A stretch of 64,000 nucleotides of DNA from Alphaproteobacteria bacterium (GCA_017444525.1 JAFSWL010000022.1:73879-137878), one strand, 5' to 3'. Shown: positions 27,682 through 38,671, counted from the first letter of the stretch. Made by a program: numbers and translations. The notes: generated from the letters alone by a model not told the origin.

Positions 27682-28786
27682 GGCGAATTCTCTCGGCAGA
27701 GATTATCGCCCGTTGCAAATAAAAATTCTGCATCAACAGATGATTCGGCACAAATGTACTGTCCGAAGTTCCGTTACGTACTACAAAAGGATCAAGTTCC
27801 GCAGCTTTTTTGAGAGAATTAACCAAATATGTCCACTCGATATAAAGATTATTTTTCAAAATTATCTCCTTAAAATCAGCACCTGCCGTTTTAGAAATTT
27901 GCCACAGCGCAAAAGCATACCCCTTACCAAAATAAAACAAATCGTCCGAAGTGGTATCAATCCAGTCTGATGACTTTTCGCGTTGTTGTTCTGCATTGCG
28001 AGTCACTATATTTTGCAAGTTTTTACTGATTTTTTGTAACAAAATATCTAAATCTTTGCTTATCGAAAAAAATGCTCCGTCTTTACCGAAACGATGTAAT
28101 TCCGCTGCAGCTTTGCGATATTGCGCATTAGACGACGGAGCCAAATTAAAATTGCCTTTGCGTGACATCAACCATATATCAGGTGGATAAGCGAGCAATT
28201 TATAAGCGTACTTTATATCTTTTCTCTGGGCATCGGTATTGCGCTCAAAATTGCGAATCGCCGGAATTACTTCTTTTACTCCGCGGACAATTCCAATTTG
28301 AAAATTAGGCATATTATCCAGTACATAGGCCGGAAAGATAAATGGCAAATTCGGGGTCCACATTTTATCATCAACTTCTCGTTTGAGTAAAAAAGACATC
28401 GTTTCTGCCGTTTCAAACATCGGCAAATGCTTGGATTGCGGTTTATATTCGGTAGAAACGTCTATTTTTTCGGCGATCATACTTCCCGTTAAGTAGTAGA
28501 AAAATATAAATGACGGCAAAAATATCGTTAAGAATCGCCAATGGCGAATCAGTTTAAGCAACCATTTTTCAGCGCTTAGAAATTTCAGTTTTATTTTGCC
28601 GGAATAATTTCGAACAGAATTAGCTGCGTTTGGCCAATAGTCTTGCCGAAGCCTTTTACCGAAATCAATAAACTTTCGCCGAACTTTAGCAAAAGACAGC
28701 GTTTTTACAGCCAAGAAATTGATATCAAACCTATCTTTCCAAGTCGCAGTATTCTTATTATTATCGCGTTTTGTTGCTTTAGTCAT
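27650..28786 (-). CDS. hypothetical membrane-anchored protein
   Basis: It has a single transmembrane segment and no motif I recognise. It is co-directional and overlapping with its neighbours. Confidence 0.45.
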   Translation of the reverse strand: MTKATKRDNNKNTATWKDRFDINFLAVKTLSFAKVRRKFIDFGKRLRQDYWPNAANSVRNYSGKIKLKFLSAEKWLLKLIRHWRFLTIFLPSFIFFYYLTGSMIAEKIDVSTEYKPQSKHLPMFETAETMSFLLKREVDDKMWTPNLPFIFPAYVLDNMPNFQIGIVRGVKEVIPAIRNFERNTDAQRKDIKYAYKLLAYPPDIWLMSRKGNFNLAPSSNAQYRKAAAELHRFGKDGAFFSISKDLDILLQKISKNLQNIVTRNAEQQREKSSDWIDTTSDDLFYFGKGYAFALWQISKTAGADFKEIILKNNLYIEWTYLVNSLKKAAELDPFVVRNGTSDSTFVPNHLLMQNFYLQRAIISAERIRLGLSEETNAD

Positions 28787-30350
28787 GCTTTCTCCTTGCC
28801 ATATTCAACAACTGCCGAAAATCTATAATATGCAATATTTTAACCATTATCAGCAAAATTACAAGTGCAATTATACCGTCAACCGCCAAACCGCAGAAAA
28901 GATACATTTTGCTCTTAAGAAACAGCGAAAAGTGCTGCAATAATAAGGCGTTTGATAACCAAACCCCTACTCCCATAACAAACGATGCGACGATAATTTT
29001 TATCGTTTGCTTGATAAGTGGCGCCGTAAAATGCCAATAACTGCGTTTTTTAAGTCCGACAATATATTGTCCGAGCGAAACAAAGGCCGCAATCGTCGTT
29101 GCCATGGCAATCCCGACATGTCCGAACTTTTGCATCAAAATAATATTGAATACTAAATTGGTAACAAAGACCCAAAAGCTGTATTTAACCGGTGTTACCG
29201 TGTCGCCTCTGGCAAAAAAATTAGGCATCAAGGCTTTGGTCAAAACATAGCACGGCAACCCTATAGAATAGGCTATTACCGCATATGCCGTCATCTTTGC
29301 ATCATTTGCGGCAAACGCTCCGTGTTGAAACAAAAATTTTACCACCGGGTGAGCCAACACAATCAGCAGCACAGCCGCCGGCAGTGACAGCAACAAGCCG
29401 TATTCGATTGCTTGGTTTTGAGTGGCACGCGCATTTTCTAAATCATCCGTTTTCAAATACTTTGAGAGAATCGGTAAAAGAGCAACACTGATTGCTGCTC
29501 CGACCACACCGAGAGGTAGTTGTTGCAAACGGTTGGCATAGTACAGCCAAGAAATTGCTCCGGTTCCGGCAAGCGATACCAAAATCGTATCAACAGCCAT
29601 ATTGATTTGATATATACCTGCCCCGACAACTCCGGGTGCTATGCGCTTGAATAATGTTTTAATTTCCGGATTACGCATAATTTTAATCAAATGCAAATAC
29701 GGATGCAGGGTAACTCCAATACGCCGCAAATTAAAATACAACCAAAGCATTTCCAAAACACCGGCAGCCGTTATACCGAGTGCGAATCCGTGTGCTGCAG
29801 TCGGCATGAAAGGCACAAACACAAATGCCGATAAAATCATAGTTATGTTCAGAATTACCGGCGCCACTGCCGGTGCCGCAAATTTTTCAAACGAGTTAAG
29901 TATTCCACCCTGAAAAGATACAATGGAAATCAACAGTAAAAACGGAAAAGTGATGCGGCAAAGCTGTACCGCCAATTCGATTTTGCCAGCATCATCATGA
30001 AAACCGGGTGCCAAAACTATTACGACATAAGGCATCAGTAATTCAAACAAAAGCACCAACAGACCGACAATCACCGCCAAAATCATCATCGCCTGCGCAG
30101 CAAAAAACACCGCTCTTTTTTTGCCTTCCCCCACCAATTTTTGTGAAAAAAGCGGCACAAACGCACTGGTAAAAGCACCTTCGGCAAACAGACTGCGGAA
30201 TAAATTAGGCAATTTAAACGCTACCACAAAAGCATCGGCCATGGCACCGGCTCCCATAAAATATGCCAACACCATATCACGCACAAAACCGGTAACGCGG
30301 CTGACAAGGGTAAATCCACCAAAGGTGGCAATCGACTTAAATAAAGACAT
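28779..30350 (-). CDS. murJ: lipid II flippase MurJ (MviN)
   Basis: It has a 14-transmembrane MOP-superfamily profile and the N-terminus LVSRVTGFVRD, which is typical of MurJ. Confidence 0.85.
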   Translation of the reverse strand: MSLFKSIATFGGFTLVSRVTGFVRDMVLAYFMGAGAMADAFVVAFKLPNLFRSLFAEGAFTSAFVPLFSQKLVGEGKKRAVFFAAQAMMILAVIVGLLVLLFELLMPYVVIVLAPGFHDDAGKIELAVQLCRITFPFLLLISIVSFQGGILNSFEKFAAPAVAPVILNITMILSAFVFVPFMPTAAHGFALGITAAGVLEMLWLYFNLRRIGVTLHPYLHLIKIMRNPEIKTLFKRIAPGVVGAGIYQINMAVDTILVSLAGTGAISWLYYANRLQQLPLGVVGAAISVALLPILSKYLKTDDLENARATQNQAIEYGLLLSLPAAVLLIVLAHPVVKFLFQHGAFAANDAKMTAYAVIAYSIGLPCYVLTKALMPNFFARGDTVTPVKYSFWVFVTNLVFNIILMQKFGHVGIAMATTIAAFVSLGQYIVGLKKRSYWHFTAPLIKQTIKIIVASFVMGVGVWLSNALLLQHFSLFLKSKMYLFCGLAVDGIIALVILLIMVKILHIIDFRQLLNMARRKHD

Positions 30351-30537
30351 ATTAATCGTTCCTTTTATAGGTTTATTTTACGCAGATTTTACGCATATTT
30401 CGTAACAAAATAGTTACTTTTATCACAAATTATAATTTTTTTTCGATTTCTCTTGACAAAATATTTTATACATGTTAAAGTTAGACAAAAGGATGAATTA
30501 GTTTCATCAAATGTTGTTTTTAAAAGGAATTTGAGAG

Positions 30538-31152
30538 ATGAGTGGAGAGAAAGCACATATATTTTCGTTAGGAGGTGCGAAATTAGTCGAAACCAATATT
30601 TCGACAGCTGAGAGAAAGCTATCCGGTGCGCCCAAAGAAGCATTGGAAAGTAATTACGAATTACCGTTAACACCGATGAAGGATTATGCACAGGCAGTTG
30701 AACAGTATTCCGGTGCAAGTTTGAATGCGTTCAAAAAGATTTTTGCTCAGCCGATGGTGCCGATGCAGGAAGCAGAAAATGTTCCGTCTTTACAAAATCC
30801 GCTGGTGGAGGCTATTGAACGCGGCTTTAACAATCCGCTGCTGATTAGTGAGCAAAATGATTCTCTCAGTTTATCAGAAAAAGCAAGAGCTGCCATTGAC
30901 GTTCTCTTTGCCACTCCAAAATCTTTAGCTAAGTATGTTGAAGGCAAAGCGGCTGAATTTCTGGTTAACAAAACACCGGTAGGAGCATTGGTAAAGGCTT
31001 TGCAAATTGGTTTATCCTCAGGATTGCCGTCAGATATTAAACAAATTTCACACGGAAGAGTTGAAGCTCTAAGCTTGAGAGAAATTGTGGCAACAAATGT
31101 CAGCGATTCAACGAAACAGGTTATGTCTCAGTTATCCAAACGCTCCAGATAA
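30538..31152 (+). CDS. hypothetical soluble protein (204 aa)
   Basis: An AAGGA RBS precedes it. It has no signal peptide or transmembrane segment and is followed by a strong intrinsic terminator. Confidence 0.45.
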   Translation: MSGEKAHIFSLGGAKLVETNISTAERKLSGAPKEALESNYELPLTPMKDYAQAVEQYSGASLNAFKKIFAQPMVPMQEAENVPSLQNPLVEAIERGFNNPLLISEQNDSLSLSEKARAAIDVLFATPKSLAKYVEGKAAEFLVNKTPVGALVKALQIGLSSGLPSDIKQISHGRVEALSLREIVATNVSDSTKQVMSQLSKRSR

Positions 31153-31175
31153 AAAAGAGAGCAGACTATTGCGTG

Positions 31176-31198
31176 GCCCGCACTTGCGGGCTTTTTTT
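31176..31198 (+). terminator. rho-independent terminator
   Basis: The hairpin GCCCGCACTTGCGGGC is followed by a run of seven T residues. Confidence 0.7.
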
Positions 31199-31366
31199 AT
31201 TGATTTATTCTGTAGATTCCGCTTGCAATTCAAAAATTTATGTGGTACGAAGACTCTCGAAAAACGAATCGCTTTTATGTATGAGCCATTACGGCATCCG
31301 TAGTAAAAGCACTGTATTAATCCGCTTTGTCATGCAAAGCATAGAGAAAATGAAAGGAAAACACCA

Positions 31367-31825
31367 ATGAGACATGGTGATGCACATAGAAAATTTAATA
31401 TGCCGAAAAGCCAAAGAAGAGCTTTGTTCTCTAATTTGACCGGTGCATTGTTGACGCACGAACAAATTACCATTACTTTGACCCGTGCAAAGGAACTTCG
31501 TACTTTTGCCGATAAAATGATTACTTATGCAAAAAAAGGTGATTTAAACAGTCGCCGTTTGGCTGCAGGTTTCTTGCGCAACGATGAAGTTGTTTCCAAA
31601 CTTTTCTCTACTTTAGCCGAACGTTATAAGGAACGCAACGGCGGTTATACCCGTGTTCTGAAGTCAGGTTTCCGTTATGGCGACTGCGCTCCGATGGCAA
31701 TTATTGAATTGGTTGATCGTGATATTAACGCTAAAGGTGCTAAAGATTTGGCTCGCGTTGCTGCTGAAAAAGCTGCTGCAGCCGAAGCCGAAAAAGCAGA
31801 GAGCGAAGTTGCGGAAAGCAAATAG
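31367..31825 (+). CDS. rplQ: 50S ribosomal protein L17
   Basis: The N-terminus [24 protein letters not shown] and an Ala/Glu-rich C-terminal tail match L17. No rpoA lies upstream. Confidence 0.9.
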   Translation: MRHGDAHRKFNMPKSQRRALFSNLTGALLTHEQITITLTRAKELRTFADKMITYAKKGDLNSRRLAAGFLRNDEVVSKLFSTLAERYKERNGGYTRVLKSGFRYGDCAPMAIIELVDRDINAKGAKDLARVAAEKAAAAEAEKAESEVAESK

Positions 31826-31846
31826 TTTTCTGAAACAAATGTATAA

Positions 31847-31876
31847 AAATGCCGCTTAAATAAAGCGGCATTTTTA
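31847..31876 (+). terminator. terminator hairpin after rplQ
   Basis: The hairpin GCCGCTTTAAATAAAGCGGC is flanked by an A-run and a T-run. Confidence 0.55.
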
Positions 31877-31887
31877 ATTACTCAAGT

Positions 31888-31922
31888 AAAATCCGCAAAC
31901 AATTCTCTTGCCTGCGGATTTT
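31888..31922 (-). terminator. trxA terminator hairpin carrying the 5' hairpin module of the RNA family
   Basis: A perfect 10-bp stem AAAATCCGCA/TGCGGATTTT is present. On the minus strand the sequence reads GCAGGCAAGAGAATTGTTTGCGGA, which matches the 5' module of the A1 and B1 RNAs. Confidence 0.45.
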
Positions 31923-31956
31923 ATATCAGTACACCTGCTAAAAATTGCAAGTATTT

Positions 31957-32274
31957 CTATTTATATGATTGAACCCAATCCTGAATGGCAGATTGAGTAT
32001 TTAAGCCTACTTTAACGTCTACCTGTTTGCCATCCTTAAACAGATACATAGTAGGAATACTGCGAATCCCCAGTTGTCCTGCAATTTCCGGTGAATCATC
32101 AACGTTCATTTTATAGATTTTAACATCTTTGCCAATCTCATTATCTATTGCTTCCAAAATAGGACCGAGCTGACGACAAGGTCCGCACCATTCCGCCCAA
32201 AAGTCCACTAAAACCAATCCTTTGGCATTCAATACATTTTCGCTGAACTGGCTGTCTGTTAAAGGTTGTGTCAT
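31957..32274 (-). CDS. trxA: thioredoxin
   Basis: It has the WCGPC active site and the length of a thioredoxin. Confidence 0.9.
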   Translation of the reverse strand: MTQPLTDSQFSENVLNAKGLVLVDFWAEWCGPCRQLGPILEAIDNEIGKDVKIYKMNVDDSPEIAGQLGIRSIPTMYLFKDGKQVDVKVGLNTQSAIQDWVQSYK

Positions 32275-32362
32275 TTTTTTCTCCTTATATGATTAATTTT
32301 GCAATATATATAGTTCGTTTTTTTATTATATTAAATATAATCAAAATAATTACAACACTTTT

Positions 32363-35300
32363 TTACGCAACCCGCATTAATCTGGTTTCATTGGTCCATA
32401 ATATATAGGTTTCTATCGGCTTTTGCGGATATATTTCAGCCGTCAGCTTTGCATAAGTTTCAAGCTGGTTTATATATACTCGAGGCGTATCTTCGATTGA
32501 TTGACCGGCTGGACGATTGGTTTTAAAATCGACAATCATTATTTTATCCGGCAACACCACCAAACGATCTAGCTGCGCCGAAATAATCTTACCATCAACT
32601 TCGCCCATAATCGGCACTTCAGCTCTTGAATATTTACCAAACAATTCAGAAAATTCCGGATTATCAATTAGAGTCATAACTTCAGTTTTTATTTGCCGAC
32701 ATTCCGACATACTGAAATCAGCGGCGTATTTTTGCAAATATAAATCAACTGCCTTTTCACGATCTCCGGTGTTTTGCGGCAAAAACTGCAGCAAACGGTG
32801 AATAAGTGTTCCGCGACGATAAAAATTTTGCCCCGAGGTCAAAGGAGATGACGAATCCGGTTCTTCATCATTGTCTTCTTTAGACGGAGTATACGGTTTA
32901 GCCAAAGCTCTTTCCGGTTCCATATTTGCAAAAATCCAAGATTCAAACGGAGTTTCACTATTGGCAATTGTTTTTTTGTGTTTGTGCTTTTTGGGTATAT
33001 ATTCTTTTGATATTTTTATAATTTCATCACTATCTGCATCATCAGCTGAAGCAAGGGCGTTGCGGCACAATTCATACCATGATTCTGCATTTTTCTTACC
33101 GTATGCTCCAATAATGAGCTGATCTTCAGCACGAGTTAAGGCCACATATAGCAATCGATGATATTCTTTCATCGACTTTTGCCGATTTTTTCGGTTGATT
33201 TCGGTACATATATCATCATAATATCCTGAATTAAGTGGATAATAACCTAAATCATCATCTTGCAAAAAATCATTGGATCTATCATTTTGCGGTACAGTTC
33301 CGGTATCCGGCAAAAAAACTACAGGAGATTGTAATCCTTTAGAGTGATGTACCGTCAATAAGCGCACGGCATCGGTTTCCTGATCATCGCTCTCGCGTTT
33401 TATTTCACGCTTATATTCACCAAACCACGCAATAAACCCTTGTAAACATGGTATTTGATGCTGTTCATAATCAATGGTTAAATTCATAAATTCATCGAGT
33501 GCATCTTCGACTTCGCGTCCCATTCTTTCAATAAATTTGCGTCTTCCCCCCATCTGCGATAACACCAAATTAAATAACTCATACGGTCGTACATAGTCCA
33601 AATTATTTAGGAGAGTTGTCAACTGACTGTATATTTCAGCACAACGCGGCTCTTTCCGCATTCTGTCCCATAGTTCTTCTCCGCACTCACGTCCGTAACA
33701 CAAATCCTCCAACAATTCTTCATTTATGGAAAATAGAGGAGAAGTCAGAACCTCGGCTAATGAAAGACTATCTTGCGGAAATAATAAAAACTTGCCGAGG
33801 GATATTAAATCCTGAATAGCAATATGTTCAGAAAGAACCATTTTATCTGCACCGGATATATTTATATGTTCCTTTTCGCAAGCACGGATAAATTCTTCAA
33901 CAAAATCGTTTCTGGTGCGAACCAAAACCATAATATCGCGGTAATGCAAAGGTTTTAAAGAATCTGCACTTTCATCAATCATCTGCCGTATTTTGTGAGC
34001 AGTTTTTTCAGCCATCTGTGTTACTAATGCAGTTTGATAAACTCGTTCTACCGGCGGTCGCAAATATTCGTTTTCAGTATGCACCTTTTCGTTTTTTTCC
34101 GGTTCGAGCAGCGGCATTATCGTAACTTTGGCAAACTGCCCGACGCGATACGGTTTATGCGCAACTTTATGATTTTCAATTACCACACCATCAGCAGCTT
34201 GTTCGGTAGCAAAAATTTGATTAATCGAATCCAAAATCGCCGGCGCAGAACGAAACGAAATTTCCAAATTTACTCGTTTAAACGGTTTATCGGCTTGCTT
34301 TGATTTGTCGGCAAATTTTTGGGACATTATATCGAATTTATCCGGATCCGCTCCTTGAAAACTATAAATGGATTGTTTGCGATCGCCAACCACAAACAGG
34401 GTACGATTAATATCACGCTGTCCGATACCGCTGAAAAAATCTTCACTCAGGCTACCGATTATATCCCATTGCTCCGGCGAAGTATCTTGCGCTTCGTCTA
34501 CCAAAATATGGTCAATACCGCCATCAAGCTTATACAAAACCCATTGTCTGGAATCGGATTTTTCCAATAAATTACGCGTATGATAAATCAGATCTTCAAA
34601 GTCCATTCCGGACTGTGATTTTTTATATTCCTCGTAGCGGCGATTAATTTCCTGTGCCAATATAAAAGCAGCCTTGGTTGACTGATAAAGTTTCAGTTTC
34701 AAACGTTTTTGCTCAAAATTTTCCAAACGTATTGCTTCCTCTTTTAATCTTTCCAGTACATTTGCATCAATCTTTTGTGCTTTTTGCGAAGCGATAAATT
34801 TTTCATCTGAGAATACGTGGTTATCTGCCTTTAAGAAACAGCCTTTATAACTGTCATAATCGTCAGTGCTAAAGTTTCCGGCCACTATATCCGCCAATTT
34901 ATTTGCTTTGGCAACATCACGTACACCGCCAAAATTTAAAGCGGAGATATTGGCGCGTATCTCCGACAGTTTTTCACGAAGCGAATCCATAAAATCTCGC
35001 ACATAACTTTCGTCGGTATCATCATCTTTAACACCTAATTTGACTGATAATGCCTCTAAGAATCCGGATAAACCCCTATAATTTGCCATAACTTTTCCCA
35101 TCTTGCGGCGATTGAAAATAATTTTCTGAATCATGGTGGCAAATGTAAATTCCGAAGTATTGTTCATAAGATAGGTGCGCGCATTGACAAGCAACTGATC
35201 TGCTGCTGTTTCATCCTCGCTTGCTATTTCTGCTTTAATCTGCGTCAAAACTTTTTGCACCTCTTGCTCCTCCAAGACGGTAAAATATGGAGAAATGCCG

Positions 35301-35758
35301 GCCTCCAGCGGAAAGCGTTTCAGCACATCGGTACAAAAGCTATGCAGCGTTTGAACTTTGATTCCGCCCGGGGTATCCAACAGCTTGGCAAACAACGTCC
35401 GAGCTTTTTGCCGATAATTGCATAATTCCGCAGCAGACTTAATTTCTTCTCCCAATAATTCATTCAGACTCTTTTCCAACTCGACTTCATCTTCCACCGC
35501 CCATTCGCTCAAACGTTGAGAAATACGAGATAACATCTCGACAGCAGCAGCCTTGGTATAAGTGAGACACAGCAAACGAATCGGATTAACATCATTTAGG
35601 AGCAAACGTAAAACTCTGTCCGTCAAAACTTTGGTTTTACCGGTACCGGCAGAAGCTTCTACCCATACCGATTTAGCCGGATCTGCCGCATCTCGCTGAT
35701 CTCGGGTAGCATACTTTTCAAGCTCTTTTTTTTGTTCGGTAAAATATTGTTCGTCCAT
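32363..35758 (-). CDS. addA: double-strand break repair helicase-nuclease AddA (UvrD-like helicase plus C-terminal nuclease)
   Basis: It has Walker A ASAGTGKT, UvrD-type helicase motifs and the length typical of AddA. It sits immediately downstream of addB. Confidence 0.8.
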   Translation of the reverse strand: MDEQYFTEQKKELEKYATRDQRDAADPAKSVWVEASAGTGKTKVLTDRVLRLLLNDVNPIRLLCLTYTKAAAVEMLSRISQRLSEWAVEDEVELEKSLNELLGEEIKSAAELCNYRQKARTLFAKLLDTPGGIKVQTLHSFCTDVLKRFPLEAGISPYFTVLEEQEVQKVLTQIKAEIASEDETAADQLLVNARTYLMNNTSEFTFATMIQKIIFNRRKMGKVMANYRGLSGFLEALSVKLGVKDDDTDESYVRDFMDSLREKLSEIRANISALNFGGVRDVAKANKLADIVAGNFSTDDYDSYKGCFLKADNHVFSDEKFIASQKAQKIDANVLERLKEEAIRLENFEQKRLKLKLYQSTKAAFILAQEINRRYEEYKKSQSGMDFEDLIYHTRNLLEKSDSRQWVLYKLDGGIDHILVDEAQDTSPEQWDIIGSLSEDFFSGIGQRDINRTLFVVGDRKQSIYSFQGADPDKFDIMSQKFADKSKQADKPFKRVNLEISFRSAPAILDSINQIFATEQAADGVVIENHKVAHKPYRVGQFAKVTIMPLLEPEKNEKVHTENEYLRPPVERVYQTALVTQMAEKTAHKIRQMIDESADSLKPLHYRDIMVLVRTRNDFVEEFIRACEKEHINISGADKMVLSEHIAIQDLISLGKFLLFPQDSLSLAEVLTSPLFSINEELLEDLCYGRECGEELWDRMRKEPRCAEIYSQLTTLLNNLDYVRPYELFNLVLSQMGGRRKFIERMGREVEDALDEFMNLTIDYEQHQIPCLQGFIAWFGEYKREIKRESDDQETDAVRLLTVHHSKGLQSPVVFLPDTGTVPQNDRSNDFLQDDDLGYYPLNSGYYDDICTEINRKNRQKSMKEYHRLLYVALTRAEDQLIIGAYGKKNAESWYELCRNALASADDADSDEIIKISKEYIPKKHKHKKTIANSETPFESWIFANMEPERALAKPYTPSKEDNDEEPDSSSPLTSGQNFYRRGTLIHRLLQFLPQNTGDREKAVDLYLQKYAADFSMSECRQIKTEVMTLIDNPEFSELFGKYSRAEVPIMGEVDGKIISAQLDRLVVLPDKIMIVDFKTNRPAGQSIEDTPRVYINQLETYAKLTAEIYPQKPIETYILWTNETRLMRVA

Positions 35759-35760
35759 CT

Positions 35761-38661
35761 TTATTCCTCCGTTTTATTGCCGTGAACGCACCATTCATCC
35801 AAACGCGACAGATGATCATAATCGGAATAGCCATCAACATCAGACGGACGAGGCTTTACCAAATACGGCTGTTCTTCTTTAGCATAAGCATTTATCAGAT
35901 TTTGGATGGTTTGTTCGATTATTTCCATTGATTTAAGACAATCTGCATCTTTAACCTCATATAAGGTTTCATCTTTCAGCGCCCAGTATTGTAAACTGCT
36001 GATTTGTGCCGGCGCAATATCCTTAAAGCCTCCCTTTTGTGCTATAAGGCCTTCTATCGGCAACTGTGGTGCTTTTCCGCCGATTACTTCATTTGTTTTA
36101 CGACTGTCATTTCCGGTTTTATAATCAATAATATTAAGTGTGCCGTCTTTTAGTTTTTCGATTCTATCGGCATCGGCGAAAACTTCGAAGCTCCCCAGCG
36201 GGCCGGACATAGATATCTCTCCGCGGCGCTCATTGTATAGCTGCGCAATATTTCCGCGGCGGACTCGTTCTTGAGCTACTACCCATTCCATATTTTTAAC
36301 ATAGCGCGGCCACCAAAAAGCCATGTTTTCAGGCGGAATTTCATCTGCGGCAAACGCTTCCCTGCCACGCTCAAGTAACTCTTTAAGCGCATTATCGGGA
36401 TATTTGTCTTTATCGTGCGAATTGTTGTATTCTTTTAAAATATTATGGACAATTGTGCCATAGTTTCTCATATCGCGTTCAGTATCCAGCTCATCCAGCG
36501 GACGCAAATTCAAAATATATTTAGCGTAAATCTCATACGGATTGCGCATCCAACGCTCAATATTGGTTGCAGACAATTTTTTAGGTCGCCGCTCTACTTT
36601 CGGACACGGACGCGGCGCGGATATAGGATGATATTCTTCCATACGATCAAGCATCTTAGCCCAATATGCATAAGGCTGTTCATAAATAAATGAATAAGCA
36701 TCATCTTTGGTGCCGAAATTTGCCTCTAACACCGTTTCAAAGCGCAACCACCACCGCGATTTATTTGTAGGATCTTTACCTACTTTTTTGGCACGAGTTA
36801 TATATACCTCCGGTGCATTCAACAAGTGAGCAAAATCAGCGGCCATTACACCGATTTGACGCTCCGGCAGCGGAAAACCGAAACTTTTTTTCATCGGACG
36901 CGACATCCACATATCAGCTTCCGGTATTTTCGGCCATATACCCTCGTTGGCCTCACCGATAATGGTAACGTCATATTGAGTGAGTCTGGCTTCAATCGGT
37001 CCTAAAATCTTAACCCGCGGATGCGTTCCGTAACGTGCACGAACACTTTTTTCCGAAAGCATCATTCTTATAAACGCGCTGTATTCAGATGTTTTTATGG
37101 TTTGCAATTCAGCACTGCGTATCGCAAAATCGCTTACCCATTCGGCTGCGACATTACCGGCATCATTCTTCCAAATAATCTGCGCACCTTTTTTATTGTC
37201 GGTGTCAGCCAAATTCTCGGCAACCCTGATATGAGTTTTAAATATGGTTTGTAAATTGACAACAGGCTGTTCATATAAGTCAATCAATGGCCTGATACGA
37301 GCGCAGAAATCATCATAAAAGTTTTGAAGCTCATCATCAAAATCGATACCTGAACGCAAAGCATACTCTAACTTGCGCACATTATGATAAAATATCGGCA
37401 CAGCTTTTCCACATGCCGTAAACGGATGCTTAAGCAATGAAATCATCGCCGTATCGGTACGTTCTTCCATATATTTGCATATAAGCTGCAAATAAATACC
37501 TATCGGCGACAGGCTCAGCGGTTTTCCGGCAGAATCATCGGCGGCAATATTCCATTTTTGCAATTCGGAAACAACACGGCGTGATAAATTTCTATCCATT
37601 GTAACAAGTGCCGCAGTTTTTTCCGGAGTTTCCAAAGTATGACGGATTATCAGCGCAATAGCCTGCGCTTCTTGTCTGACATCATCGCAATTGACCAGTT
37701 TTATATGCGTAAATGCCTCTGCGGGCAGCGGATGTAAAGTTAAATCACGCCATGCTGCGGTTGTTTCGGCCGGACGCATGGTCTCAGCCGCAATTTTTTC
37801 ACGAACGGTAAAAAACGCGGTATCGATATTTTCCACTGCATCACGTGATATATGAAGATATTCCAACAATTCTTTAAGCTCATACTGCGGATGATTCTCA
37901 TCTATTTTATCCCAATCTTCCGCCGATAAATATTTATCCAATCCGTATAAATAAACTTCTCCGTTCGGTAAGTTCAATACTGTATTGGTAAGTTGTTTCA
38001 ATATCGGAAACGCTGCCGTAGTTCCGGCAACAACAATCCGCTGAGAAGTTTGCATTTTTTGCCATAAGTCCATCTCTGCAGATAACAATAAATTACGCCG
38101 TTCCGCCACATCATTTTTTTTGTTTTCGCGCAATATTTCCGGCCAATTTCGGATAATAATTTCCAACAATTCCAACGTCTGTTGCCAATGCGCCGCATAC
38201 TCGGCATCTACCAACTCTTTGATTTTATCAAATTTAAGCTGTTCGTTATAAGTCATATCAATCAAAGAAGCAAGATTTCGTGCCAAAACATATGCTTGAG
38301 CCAACGTTACTTTATCTAGCCCAAGCTCCGATTTTTTCATAATCAGCTTGGTAAATTGCAAAACCCTATCGGTTTCATTGATTGCCGGAAGCAAATTTTC
38401 CAACACCGAAGAATCCAAAGTCAGAAGAACTTCATCTTCATCAGCCTCGGCAATAGGTTTTATTTGCGGCAAAATGGTCGGTGTTAAACCGCGGCAGCGT
38501 ACAAACGCATCGGATAAACTCTGGCATGCCCGGCGGTTTGGCAATAAGAACAAAACATTAGCCAAGCCTTCTGGATTGCCTTCATATTCTTTCAGATAAC
38601 GCTCAGCCAAAACATCAACAAATGAGCTTCCCGCATTGATGTTAAAAATCTTTCGTTTCAT
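35761..38661 (-). CDS. addB: double-strand break repair protein AddB
   Basis: At 966 aa it has the inactivated-helicase plus C-terminal nuclease/Fe-S architecture of AddB, and it lies upstream of addA. Confidence 0.75.
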   Translation of the reverse strand: MKRKIFNINAGSSFVDVLAERYLKEYEGNPEGLANVLFLLPNRRACQSLSDAFVRCRGLTPTILPQIKPIAEADEDEVLLTLDSSVLENLLPAINETDRVLQFTKLIMKKSELGLDKVTLAQAYVLARNLASLIDMTYNEQLKFDKIKELVDAEYAAHWQQTLELLEIIIRNWPEILRENKKNDVAERRNLLLSAEMDLWQKMQTSQRIVVAGTTAAFPILKQLTNTVLNLPNGEVYLYGLDKYLSAEDWDKIDENHPQYELKELLEYLHISRDAVENIDTAFFTVREKIAAETMRPAETTAAWRDLTLHPLPAEAFTHIKLVNCDDVRQEAQAIALIIRHTLETPEKTAALVTMDRNLSRRVVSELQKWNIAADDSAGKPLSLSPIGIYLQLICKYMEERTDTAMISLLKHPFTACGKAVPIFYHNVRKLEYALRSGIDFDDELQNFYDDFCARIRPLIDLYEQPVVNLQTIFKTHIRVAENLADTDNKKGAQIIWKNDAGNVAAEWVSDFAIRSAELQTIKTSEYSAFIRMMLSEKSVRARYGTHPRVKILGPIEARLTQYDVTIIGEANEGIWPKIPEADMWMSRPMKKSFGFPLPERQIGVMAADFAHLLNAPEVYITRAKKVGKDPTNKSRWWLRFETVLEANFGTKDDAYSFIYEQPYAYWAKMLDRMEEYHPISAPRPCPKVERRPKKLSATNIERWMRNPYEIYAKYILNLRPLDELDTERDMRNYGTIVHNILKEYNNSHDKDKYPDNALKELLERGREAFAADEIPPENMAFWWPRYVKNMEWVVAQERVRRGNIAQLYNERRGEISMSGPLGSFEVFADADRIEKLKDGTLNIIDYKTGNDSRKTNEVIGGKAPQLPIEGLIAQKGGFKDIAPAQISSLQYWALKDETLYEVKDADCLKSMEIIEQTIQNLINAYAKEEQPYLVKPRPSDVDGYSDYDHLSRLDEWCVHGNKTEE

Positions 38662-38671
38662 TTTAAAGTCC

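Noticed and set aside
31847-31876. The hairpin after rplQ as part of the RNA family
   Set aside because: Its sequence is unrelated to the family. It is simply a bidirectional terminator between the convergent rplQ and trxA genes.
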